Source of the DNA: Cyanidioschyzon merolae
Taxonomy: Eukaryota
Assembly (NCBI GenBank): GCA_000091205.1
Contig: AP006495.2
DNA length: 64,000 bases
Strand: one strand, 5' to 3'
Shown: one piece after another, positions 1 through 9,393 of the stretch
Position numbering within the stretch: position 1 is the stretch's first letter
Layout of the letters: every line of letters begins with the position of its first letter
Notes under the pieces: generated by a model
Told to the model about the DNA's origin: nothing
Database searches by the model: none
What the model saw: the letters and a program-made list of their open reading frames with translations, nothing else
Translations under genes and position numbers: made by a program

Positions 1-1217
1 AGCCACGAGGACACCGCCCAGCCCAAAGGCACTGCCACGGCAACGCGTTCGAAAACACTGGTGAGGTGACCAAGGTGCGCGTCGACAACGGCATACGTGG
101 AAAGGAGCGCTGTGGCTATCCACCAAAAGCCCGGCGTGAGGAGCACTGGACGCCTGCTATCACCGAGCATAACTATGAGCGCTGGCTCTTTTCACCGAAA
201 TCCAAACTCCTCTGCTGAAAGCTCCGGCGATCCGGGACGGGTGCTGAGCGATAGCTCTCGAACGGAGGTTGTGCCTTGGTATGCCTTGCAAGGGCGTGTC
301 GTAAGCTCCACGTCGGAAAAAAACCAGCCGGTACCCAGTACCCTCGGCTATCGGGCGCTCCAGTGGCCGGGGCAGGGAGCATTCGCATGCGCTCTGCCTC
401 GCGAACGCTATTGAACTATGATTGGTAGCGTTTCGGTTTACACAGTGTTGAGGTTCTGACGTTTAGAGTACGGCTTCGAAATAAGTGGCGAAGATGGTGT
501 TTATGAAGAAGGGATACTATGCGTGGAGAAACAGCCCTCTTTTGCAGCCACGGTACAACTACTTGGGGGCGTTTCCGGGTATTGGCGCGGCTTCTGTGAT
601 CTTCCTCGGTTACCTTGGCTTTGAAAAGCTTTGGGGGAGCGTGGACAGCACGTTTCTGCGGTATAAAGAGCGGGCTGCAGCCGCGTACCGGGAGGGTTAT
701 GCCCAAGGGATCCGAGAGACCGTCAAGACGCAGCTGGGGAACGATTCCTAATCGAGGCGGTCACGCTAGCGCAAGTCGTGTGCATTTTCAGCGAACGCGT
801 AGGTGCCCGTCGGAACCCGACTTGCTTTGTTCCGGGCTGGCTGAGGCACTGTTTACCATGTTCGGTGGTTGGACGTTTGGAAGCAGTCGCGCGCCGCGAA
901 CGCGTTATTCAACGAACGCACCTGTGGACACCTGGACGGCATCCAGCGCTGCGCTACTTATGTGTCACGAGGCCGGCCACCGAGGATCACCCACCGTTTA
1001 ACCGAGTCTAGCGTGTTTATGCGGCAATGTACGTATATGTGCCTCGTATGTCTCAGAGGGATTCTCTTGGCAGCGCCCGGAAGCGACTTCCAGGCGCCTA
1101 GGTGATCTCTTTCATTCGTGCGTGTTACTTCGAGAACAGCGGGACTGCCGGGTGTCTCACCAGGAGAGCCACATTCTAGGTGGCGTTGTCAAGCATGGGG
1201 CCATGAATGACCATCCG

Positions 1218-2246
1218 CTAGCTTGTTTCGACGTAAACATGGCTTAGGCTGTGGAAACGCGCCAGTTCCTTGGGATCTATAATGTACTGTTCTAACGAAA
1301 TCCACGAGGCCCGCTCCGAGACGTTCATCATTTGGTACCAGGTGTCGCCTCGCCACGAGACGATCATATTTTCCTCCAGTGAAAGCTGAACGGGTTCCAG
1401 CGACGTGTTCGGGGGCGATGCCGGCGATCCCCCGTCAGACCGCAACCCTCTCAAAAGCAAAAGGCATCCGCGACTCGATTCATTCACTGACGGAGGAGTC
1501 GCGTTAGCGTGCTTCACTGGCAGGTTGAGCAAAAGCAGACTCGTCTCATGACTCACGTAAACCAACTGATCGCTCGCAGCTCTGCTGTTATGCGATCCAA
1601 CACTCGCTTCATCGATAGCGTTTAGCACGAATGATCCCGCTCGAGTCGCACTGTCGTTCACCGCGTGGAGATGACGCACCCGAAACATATTCGCGGCAGC
1701 AAGGCGCATGCTCGCACGCGTATCGAGCAAGTTGAACGCGTCAAGAGCACAACGAACACACCGAGCAACGCGCTTCGAGGCGTCTGGATCGACTCGCGAG
1801 GGAACTCCTGGCAATAATAGAGCTGCAGCAAAGTCCAGGACATCCTCATCGGACTTGGTCGAGTCATGCGCAATGCGCGTTAAGTGATCCCGCCTCAGTA
1901 TGGCGCTGAAAGAGCCCTCCTCGTTCAGGCACTCCCGAACCGCAGCGAAACGATCTTCAGAGAGCGCGTGCTTCCGAACCCTGTAGAGCTCCTGATCCGA
2001 TGTACAAGTCACTCGAACATTGTTGCTCGAAAAGGGCGTAACGGTGATTCTATAGGCGACGTAAAATAAAGCGCAAACAATTGCAAAGCGGAAAACCAGC
2101 AAGCTGGGCGACACTCGCGGTCCTCTTCGGACTTCGCCGGGCGCCAAGCCGGCCCCTGTCGACACTGAGGCGACGTCAGAGGTGACACCTTCCGCAGCGT
2201 TCGCCGCGGAACGCCGCGGCCGCAGGATCCCGGTTGTTTCAGCCAT
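1218..2246 (-). CDS. hypothetical type II membrane protein (single N-terminal signal-anchor helix, multiple N-glycosylation sequons)
   Basis: Intact 342-aa ORF. Hydrophobic segment LLVFRFAIVCALFYVAY near the N-terminus. No recognisable catalytic motif. Confidence 0.4.
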   Translation of the reverse strand: MAETTGILRPRRSAANAAEGVTSDVASVSTGAGLAPGEVRRGPRVSPSLLVFRFAIVCALFYVAYRITVTPFSSNNVRVTCTSDQELYRVRKHALSEDRFAAVRECLNEEGSFSAILRRDHLTRIAHDSTKSDEDVLDFAAALLLPGVPSRVDPDASKRVARCVRCALDAFNLLDTRASMRLAAANMFRVRHLHAVNDSATRAGSFVLNAIDEASVGSHNSRAASDQLVYVSHETSLLLLNLPVKHANATPPSVNESSRGCLLLLRGLRSDGGSPASPPNTSLEPVQLSLEENMIVSWRGDTWYQMMNVSERASWISLEQYIIDPKELARFHSLSHVYVETS

Positions 2247-2663
2247 GAGGCACCAAGCAGTTCAAAACACACTGAGACTTGATCAAGTCTTCAGCACATG
2301 AAAGAGGCACTGACTCCTAGAAGGAAACAGGCATGCAAAAAGGTTCTGCAATGCGGAGGGTGCAGCGGCGCGCACCCGTTGCGCTATGCCGCATGACGCG
2401 CCCGCTGGTAATCATCATCGTGACGATAATGATGATGCACAGCGCCGCCAGGGCCTCACGTGCAGCGATCGCAGGCAGATATAGGTAGCTTTGTACTACG
2501 TGAACATCTGTGCACAAACGCCCGCCGTTCGCGCTGGACGCGCTCTGCTGTTTTGGCGAGCGCGTGCTCGTTGAGGCAACGCAGGTGCGCTGTTCCCGTT
2601 GACGCATTCCGGACGCTGGTGTGCGGCCGCATCCCAATTTTCGTTGAACTGCTTCCATGACCC

Positions 2664-3710
2664 GTGCAAGGGGTAACTAGACACAGTGTTCTCGGAGTGC
2701 AAGCGCGGAATCGTGCTGGAATGGCGAACATAAACGGGAACGCAGGGCTTGCTTGGCGTGGCACGGACAAGGGACCTGCTGAGAGGTCTGCGCTGAACGT
2801 CGGCGCAAGCACTGGTCTACCTGCGTGGTTGCTGCTCCCGGAACACGTTTGGTTCCGGATTTTCTGGTGGGCATCCGCAGAAGGCAATGACTTAGCGTGG
2901 CTGAGCCAGACTGCCGCCTTGGTTTGCACTCAATGGAACTATCTCGTGCGAAAAGTTGTATATCCCCGGCTGGTACGCCTGAACCTGACGAGCATCGAAC
3001 ACCAATGGAAACGCTGCCGATTGCGTTTGCGAGCGTCAGAAGAAAATGCTGAGGTTATTCAGGAAACGGATAAGCACATAGCCGGTTTCCTTGAGCGCCT
3101 CTTCAGAGACTGTAGTTGTGCCCGCTGTCTCGTTGCGACGGACTGCTACCGGCTCGTGCGCGACAGCGTGGTGCAGCATATTCACGTGTATCCACCACGT
3201 TTAGTGGAGCTGCATTTCTCCAATTGTGCGCTACTCTCGGACGTAGGCGTTGGTTTCATGCTGCAACGCATAGCGGCGCACCAGGCTGGGGAACAAACCT
3301 GGATTCACACGCTGACGTTCTTCGCCGAGAAGCTCACGAGCCGCGCGGCAGCCGAGATTGCACGTCGTTGCCCTTTTCTGCAGCATCTGGAGTTGCAGTA
3401 TGCTCGTCTGGACGACGAAAGTCTGCGCGAACTCGGAAAGCTCAGATTTCTGCGACAGCTCAAGGTGCGCGGCTCCGAGGCAGTCACTGACGCGGGGATC
3501 ACGTACTTGGCGCATCTGGAGTTCCTTGACATTGCGCTCTGTCCACAGATAACCGACCGAGCACTCTTCACTCTCGCTCATAGTGTACATTTGCGCAGAC
3601 TCTTACTCGCGCATCAGCGGTACAACGTATGGTGTACTGGAAAGTGGACGGAAAGTGGGCTCAGTGCGCTCCGCGAGGCCGGCGTTGATCTTCACTTTAT
3701 CGATGTATAA
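2664..3710 (+). CDS. F-box / leucine-rich-repeat protein (FBXL-like)
   Basis: F-box-like LPEHVWFRIFWW...LVCTQWNYLV followed by LRR units (LRELGKLRFLRQLKVRGSEAVTDAGITYLAHLEFLDIALCPQITD). The real start may be the internal Met near 2721. Confidence 0.55.
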   Translation: MQGVTRHSVLGVQARNRAGMANINGNAGLAWRGTDKGPAERSALNVGASTGLPAWLLLPEHVWFRIFWWASAEGNDLAWLSQTAALVCTQWNYLVRKVVYPRLVRLNLTSIEHQWKRCRLRLRASEENAEVIQETDKHIAGFLERLFRDCSCARCLVATDCYRLVRDSVVQHIHVYPPRLVELHFSNCALLSDVGVGFMLQRIAAHQAGEQTWIHTLTFFAEKLTSRAAAEIARRCPFLQHLELQYARLDDESLRELGKLRFLRQLKVRGSEAVTDAGITYLAHLEFLDIALCPQITDRALFTLAHSVHLRRLLLAHQRYNVWCTGKWTESGLSALREAGVDLHFIDV

Positions 3711-4093
3711 TGAGGCCTCCAGTCCGCAGTGATGCACGTGCGTGATACGACGTCGTTATGGTAAGCGATAGAATGACTGGGTCTAAACATCATGGAAGCA
3801 TATTTTTCGACCCGATGCGACGCTTGGGCAGCTGCATGCAACGTTCGCACAAGCGTCATCCGCAAGGACCCCATCCGGGACGCAATGTACGATTCCCAGA
3901 CGCTCGCCCAGGATCGTAGGGTACTGCGCAGATAACAACGATCACGCGCTGGTACGTAAGTGTTGCGTCGTGCACGACCGACGGGCTGCTTTGTGAATGG
4001 TACGCATCGCAGTGTGAGCGTCTATTCGCGGAAAGGCGTTTCAGCGCAGCATCGAGCTGCAGCCGCTTCTCTGAGCAAGCAAGCATGCGACAT

Positions 4094-4441
4094 CCATGAC
4101 GATGCAGGCTATGGCATGTGTCCCATGTATGGTGGGTCTTATAGTCGGCGTCCACAAAAAGATAGCCGATTCCCTGCCGATGATACATCCGCTGTGTAGG
4201 AGGGTGTCTCCATGACGATGCAGGCTATGGCATGTGTCCCATGTATGGTGGGTCTTGTAGTCGGCGTCCACAAAAAGATAGCCGATTCCCTGCCGATGAT
4301 ACATCCGCTGTGTAGGAGGGTGTCTCCATGACGATGCAGGCTATGGCATGTGTCCCATGTATGGTGGGTCTTGTAGTCGGCGTCCACAAAAAGATAGCCG
4401 ATTCCCTGCCGATGATACATCCGCTGTGTAGGAGGGTGTCG
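4094..4441. repeat. 116-bp tandem repeat x3 (minisatellite)
   Basis: Unit ccatgacgatgcaggctatggcatgtgtcccatgtatggtgggtcttgtagtcggcgtccacaaaaagatagccgattccctgccgatgatacatccgctgtgtaggagggtgtct starts at 4094, 4210 and 4326 with 1-2 mismatches. It generates the overlapping ORF artefacts 4041-4476. Confidence 0.9.
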
Positions 4442-4501
4442 GTGTTCCGTGCGCATTGCGAGCGCGACGCTGTCACGACATATCTTCCGGGAGGCGTCTC
4501 T

Positions 4502-5683
4502 TCAGGAAGCGGTCTCGCTCATGCTTCCCTGGAGTGCGCCTTCTACGAGGTATTCCGCAATGGCCATCGACGATGTCGCTGCTGGCGATGGGGCGTTTCG
4601 CACGTGCACAACATTCCGATGGCGCTCGAAATGAAAATCATTTAGAAGCGTGCCATCACGGGTTAGCGCTTGTGCTCGAACACCGTAGAATGAGCGTTCA
4701 AGGTCGTGTGGACCAAGGTCTGGCACCATGCCACGCAGCGCTCGCCAGAGCGCGAGCGGCGCGTTTTCTTGCCACCATTGGCTCAGGCCGAATCGCCAGT
4801 GCTGCTGTACGAGCCGCCAAAAGCCCGGGTACTGAATTGGTGGCCATCCAGCCAGGGTTGCTGTTGGCCCAACCCATACGCGACGCCCATCAACGGAAGG
4901 CGTGAAGTGAACGCCCGCAAACGGGTAACGCTTGTCTGGGACCGGGTAGATGTTGCATCGGCTGAGCCCCAAGCGCTGGATTGCGTCGGGACGAAGCTCG
5001 AAATACTGGCCCTTTACCGGAAGAATGCGCAGCTGCGTCGTCGGCAGCGTGCTCCCGCCAACACATACAAAAACCCAGTCCCAATGCTGATACCAGGCTC
5101 GCGCGTCTACCGCCCATCGCGGGTGTGTCTCTGCGTCTGGTTCGAGTGCTCTCAGTGGAACCTCAGTGCCCAAGCGTAGGGTAAAGCGGTCACCTAGGCG
5201 TTCAGCGGCATCTGCGACAAGCGCTCGGGCGAGAGCCGGATAGTCAATCACTCCAGTATTCGGCGAATAGAGGCTTCGCACAGCACGAACACTTGGCAAG
5301 GGGACGCCATCGAGGAGCTCCAGCCCCTGAACGCCGTTCGCCACTGCGTTTGTAAAGATTTCGGCCAGTCGTCCAGCCTCAGCTTCGTTCCGCGCGACAA
5401 TGTACTTGCCCGCTCGTCGTACAGGAACTCGTTGCCCTGCGGGCGACTCGCAGAACTCGTAGATGTGACGTGCACCCAGGACGCAGAGACGACCTTTGAA
5501 CGAGCCGGGCGCGTAGCCGATTCCGGCGTGTATAACACCGGAGTTGTGACCGGACTGTTCTCCTGCTATGTGTTGCGACTTTTCAAAAACTTCCAATCGG
5601 GTGACCAAACCAGTGTACCGGGTAGCGAAGTAGTGTGCCGTTGCGACGCCGACGAGTCCGGCGCCTACAACGGCGACTCGCAT
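4502..5683 (-). CDS. L2HGDH: L-2-hydroxyglutarate dehydrogenase-like FAD-dependent oxidoreductase
   Basis: Rossmann start MRVAVVGAGLVGVATAHYF. Motifs GHNSGVIHAGIGYAPGS and C-terminal NAPSPAATSSMAIAEY match the L2HGDH/LhgO family. Confidence 0.75.
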   Translation of the reverse strand: MRVAVVGAGLVGVATAHYFATRYTGLVTRLEVFEKSQHIAGEQSGHNSGVIHAGIGYAPGSFKGRLCVLGARHIYEFCESPAGQRVPVRRAGKYIVARNEAEAGRLAEIFTNAVANGVQGLELLDGVPLPSVRAVRSLYSPNTGVIDYPALARALVADAAERLGDRFTLRLGTEVPLRALEPDAETHPRWAVDARAWYQHWDWVFVCVGGSTLPTTQLRILPVKGQYFELRPDAIQRLGLSRCNIYPVPDKRYPFAGVHFTPSVDGRRVWVGPTATLAGWPPIQYPGFWRLVQQHWRFGLSQWWQENAPLALWRALRGMVPDLGPHDLERSFYGVRAQALTRDGTLLNDFHFERHRNVVHVRNAPSPAATSSMAIAEYLVEGALQGSMSETAS

Positions 5684-5766
5684 CCACCGCGTCTAATGTT
5701 CTTCTCGAGGAAGCTTCGCGGAGGCCAACACGAAGCTTCAAATCGGGTGTCCGTCCACGCAGTCCA

Positions 5767-5782
5767 AAACAAAAGCGAGGTG
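5767..5782 (-). terminator. RNA polymerase III T-run terminator for tRNA-Ala
   Basis: Immediately 3' of the tRNA the minus strand reads CCTCGCTTTTGTTTT. A TATATAAA element lies ~45 bp 5' of the tRNA, at 5912-5920. Confidence 0.5.
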
Positions 5783-5870
5783 TGGACGTGAGGGGAATCG
5801 AACCCCTGGCCTTGACAATGCTAATGTCACGTCGGGTACTGCAGCAGTCATACCACTTGACGACACGCCC
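5783..5870 (-). tRNA. tRNA-Ala(AGC) with a ~16-nt non-canonical intron between D-arm and anticodon arm
   Basis: The reverse complement folds as acceptor GGGCGTG/CACGTCC with a G3:U70 wobble (the Ala identity element), D-arm GTCA-AGTGGTA-TGAC, anticodon arm TGACA-TTAGCAT-TGTCA (anticodon AGC), variable AGGCC, T-arm AGGGG-TTCGATT-CCCCT, discriminator A. The 17 nt TGCTGCAGTACCCGACG lie between the D-stem and anticodon stem, i.e. N26 plus a 16-nt intron. Confidence 0.7.
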
Positions 5871-5899
5871 GGCAGAGACACCCGCCTGCATTAGACTAG

Positions 5900-6850
5900 A
5901 TCGCAAAATTAGTATATAAATGGATCTTCATCGAAATGATCCTGGGTGCGAACGCCGTCCGGGGCTGCGTCTCAACCAGAGACGTGCTGGCGTCCTCGTT
6001 CCATGGAGCGCGAACTAGACCCGAGTCAGATTGAAATGGGGTACTGAACAGGAAGTTCTTTTCCCCGCTTCACCAAATTTTTCGAATTTTACAGATGCTA
6101 AGCTTCGACATTCGACGTCCAGCGATATGGGATTTCAGATTCATGCGTAAGTTTCGGACTCGTGGGCGCGTTTTCGGGGTGCCTTCTTCGACGATTTGAC
6201 GCTGGAATTCTTTATGTCACCGGAATCAGGACGATTCGCGACGCCCTCGAGGAAGCGTTCGTAAAATGAACTATACGACTGCTCAATTCGTGCCTAAAGC
6301 CTCCAAGCTTCCCATTTCTTTACGACTAGCATGCTCCAATTAAGCATTCTTCAGGTTTTCGATCTTTCTGTTCCGAGGCAACTCGTGTGGGCAGGCATTT
6401 CGCGCCGCTGGAGTCATGGCGTGGAAGCGTAGTCGATGTCGACCCTTGACGAGTTGTTCACATGCTTATGCCGAAAGTTTGTCGAAATCTTCACGTCAAA
6501 TAATAGGTTTTGACTGAATGACAAAATCCTCCTCGAATCGTGGCCATGGACGACTCGCGATTCGGCAGCAACCTGATGCATCTCAGGCGTATATGCACGA
6601 TGAGGCTCTAGTCTCGCACGTTTGCGTGCAAAAGGGTCTTGGACCTGGATATGATCCATTGCGGCGATCGATGTTGGTGGGATGCGCGTCACCGCTTCCC
6701 ACGAGGGAATCGTAAACGGATCGAAAATTCTCGACTTGTTCTCCAACCTGGTTTTTCCCGCACACGTTTCATCATGGATAAAATCGCGCTCCACAAATCC
6801 GATACTGAATGGAGCAGCGTGCGCTTGCGCGTGCTGCCTTCAGTGTACTC
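5900..6850 (+). repeat. dispersed composite repeat family, copy A (5'-truncated; abuts tRNA-Ala upstream side)
   Basis: 60-65% nucleotide identity to 20700-21560 and 37085-38520. Shared blocks include ggaatca..gattcgcgacgccctc, ccaagcttcccatttc, ctgtttcc and gtcaccgcttcccacgaggg...aaaattctcgacttgttctccaacc. Weakly conserved peptides appear on both strands. Confidence 0.7.
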
Positions 6851-7798
6851 GCAGAGGCAATCGTCCAGACGATGCCCGTAATCATAGTGGACGGCACCTG
6901 GCGTGGAAGCGGAGAGAGCAATCACAGGGAGCGCTCAGTGTCCGTCAAGGACATGTATCGGGCGATGAAGCATGCGATGACGCACAAGAAGGCGACACCA
7001 GGACGAGATGATGCGTTGAATGTACATGGACATCTAACGTTAGAGAAGGGTCACCGCTGCAGAGGGCGTCCCGAGACTGCAAAAAAAGAATGAGAAAATG
7101 GCAAGCGAAGCGTTGATCGCGACTTTCGCCTGTGCATGAACTGCATGAACGGCAGCGGGAAGCAGCAACAATGAGGCTTGAGCGCTGTCATTAGCATCCT
7201 TCGACTGCTGACAGCAGCGCTGGAGAGACAGGCGGAACCGGCGTATTGCAAACCGGAGATAAGAGATAGAAAAGTTAGCTATTGCTGACAAAGCCCGTAA
7301 ACGCTGTCTTTGATGACCATGGAAAGAGACCCGATCTTGAGCGTGCCTCCACGAGTTCGGCGAGTCATCCCGCACCACTCTATCCTGGCACGGATATCGT
7401 CTGGATCCGAAGCTCGACAGGGTCGAGGCTTCCGCTTGGTCATATATTTAGAGGCAGTTGCTGAAGTCGCAAAATATATCCGTGCGCGTACTCCCGGCGA
7501 GGCTCGAACGCGCAGCGTGTTCACCACGCACTCGCGACATCGAGCTTACTGAGCACCAAGTCTGCTTATAAGACTCGCGCTCTAACCAGCTGGGGTAGTC
7601 GACGGCGGCGTTGCCAGCCGATAGCTACAGGAGTGCGTCGCAAACGGACAAGCGTCGCAGAACAGCAGCCGACGCCAGTACGGAAAAAAGTCCCATAAAT
7701 TGATATATAAAGAGAAGAGTGCGTCATACGGCAGGCTGCCATGACGGTGCGCGTATCGGGCGTGGTGCCCGCAGTGCCTGCGGTTCGCAGCAGCAACC

Positions 7799-8311
7799 AT
7801 GAGCGGGTATCGACCCGCTGCGTTCGATCTCCCTCGAGCGCTCCTACGCGAAGCAAAGAACCAAATTGTATCGGTAGAGACCAAAAATGGAATGGAGTAC
7901 CGGGGGCGCCTGGACAACGTGAGCTCGCGGATGAACCTGGTGCTCAGCGCGGTGACGGTATTGAACGCGACTGGCGAGCGCACCCAAAAAAATCGTGTTC
8001 TCGTCCGTGGTGACAGTATCGTGCTTGTAGTGCTCCCGGAAGCACTAGAAGACGCACCACAGCTGGATGTCCTATTACAGGTAAAGCAGGCCCGGAAGGC
8101 GGCGATGCACGTGAACAACACTGACCGCAAGTCACGTGGAGCGCGTCGTTCCGAGGCAGACGTACACGAGCGTTCAGGTGCCAGCACGCTGCCACTACCC
8201 CAGAGCGAGTCGCAGCCGCAACTCAAGCGAACTCGAGTTTTCTTGAGTGGTAATGCGGAGACCGTTCAGCGAACCAAAGAAGGAGGCGACTCGAACCGGC
8301 GGAACGTGTGA
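7799..8311 (+). CDS. SMD1: small nuclear ribonucleoprotein Sm D1-like
   Basis: Sm fold IVSVETKNGMEYRGRLDNVSSRMNLVLSAVTV...RVLVRGDSIVLVVLPEALEDAPQLDVLL aligns closely with SmD1 ([31 protein letters not shown]...[25 protein letters not shown]). The C-terminal tail lacks GR repeats. Confidence 0.65.
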   Translation: MSGYRPAAFDLPRALLREAKNQIVSVETKNGMEYRGRLDNVSSRMNLVLSAVTVLNATGERTQKNRVLVRGDSIVLVVLPEALEDAPQLDVLLQVKQARKAAMHVNNTDRKSRGARRSEADVHERSGASTLPLPQSESQPQLKRTRVFLSGNAETVQRTKEGGDSNRRNV

Positions 8312-9393
8312 CGCGTACCCGTGGCACCCGATTCACCTGCGGTATGCTGAACCACACCGCTTATCGGCATATGAAACCTGAGAAATACGGTGAACCTGGA
8401 GACCAGCATACTGTACGAGAGAGTCTGGTCTGTCATGCAGGCTGCGCTCGCGTACAGAAATGCACACCGCGGTATGCTCGACAACTCTTGCGAAATGAAC
8501 GACACCACTCAAGGCGCGACTCACTGAACTGCATCAGACGCTGGAATGGCGCTCTGTCGATATACGAGCGGGGCGCCGATGAGCCTGGCAATGGAGGAGG
8601 CCCCAGCGACTAGAGACAGGATCCTGAATCCAGACAGGTCGCCGTATAACTCAGATTCATCACCAGAAACAGACCTTGATGTCTGTGTGCAGAGGGAACA
8701 CGCTACGAGCAATGCGCTCGAGCAGACGCGACGTGAATGGAATCCAGGGGTGCTCGGGGCGTCACTGCTGCATCGCGCCGGTCGTTGCAGGAGCGCGGCA
8801 TATGCGTTCAGTCCGCGCAGCTCAAGGAGCGCTCTGAGCGCTGTTGTTGCTTCATGCAGACCATTGCAATCGGGTTTCTGTTCGCCACTTGTGATTGCTG
8901 GCCGTAGCACTTGGCTACTCGGAGTCGGAGATGGCATCGCTGTACATTTTGTAAGGCACTGCATTGCATCGTCTCGTTGTACGCCTTCCTGTTTATTGCG
9001 ACAATACGTTTATGATTTAGGAACAGCAATCGCTGCTGCTGCTCCAGTTCGCCCGTATTCCCCACATTCGCGAAAGCGCAGCGAACACCATCCAGGGTGC
9101 TCCTTATTCGACATTTGAGCAGCCATATGGTTTGCGTTGCAAACCGCACGATCGTCACTCGGAGCGCTCCACACAAAGCGAGTACCCGGCATGAGCTGCG
9201 TTGCACTCGAGACCAATCACTTGTCACGACGCTTCGCGTGTGCTTCCTCGACATACAGGCATGCTTTCCGCGAGCGACAGATCGCGTCTCAACGGTGACC
9301 TGGGACGTAAAATCACGGCGTCATCATCGACGGACCATCAACCACATGGATGCATGCATGAACATGGGCAGCGACTAGGTTCACCATTCCTAT

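Noticed and set aside
5583-5906. 107-aa ORF overlapping the tRNA-Ala gene
   Set aside because: It overlaps a well-folded tRNA and its Pol III terminator, so it is a chance ORF.
7582-8226. 214-aa minus-strand ORF overlapping the SmD1-like gene
   Set aside because: The antisense frame lacks motifs, whereas the plus strand has a clear Sm fold.
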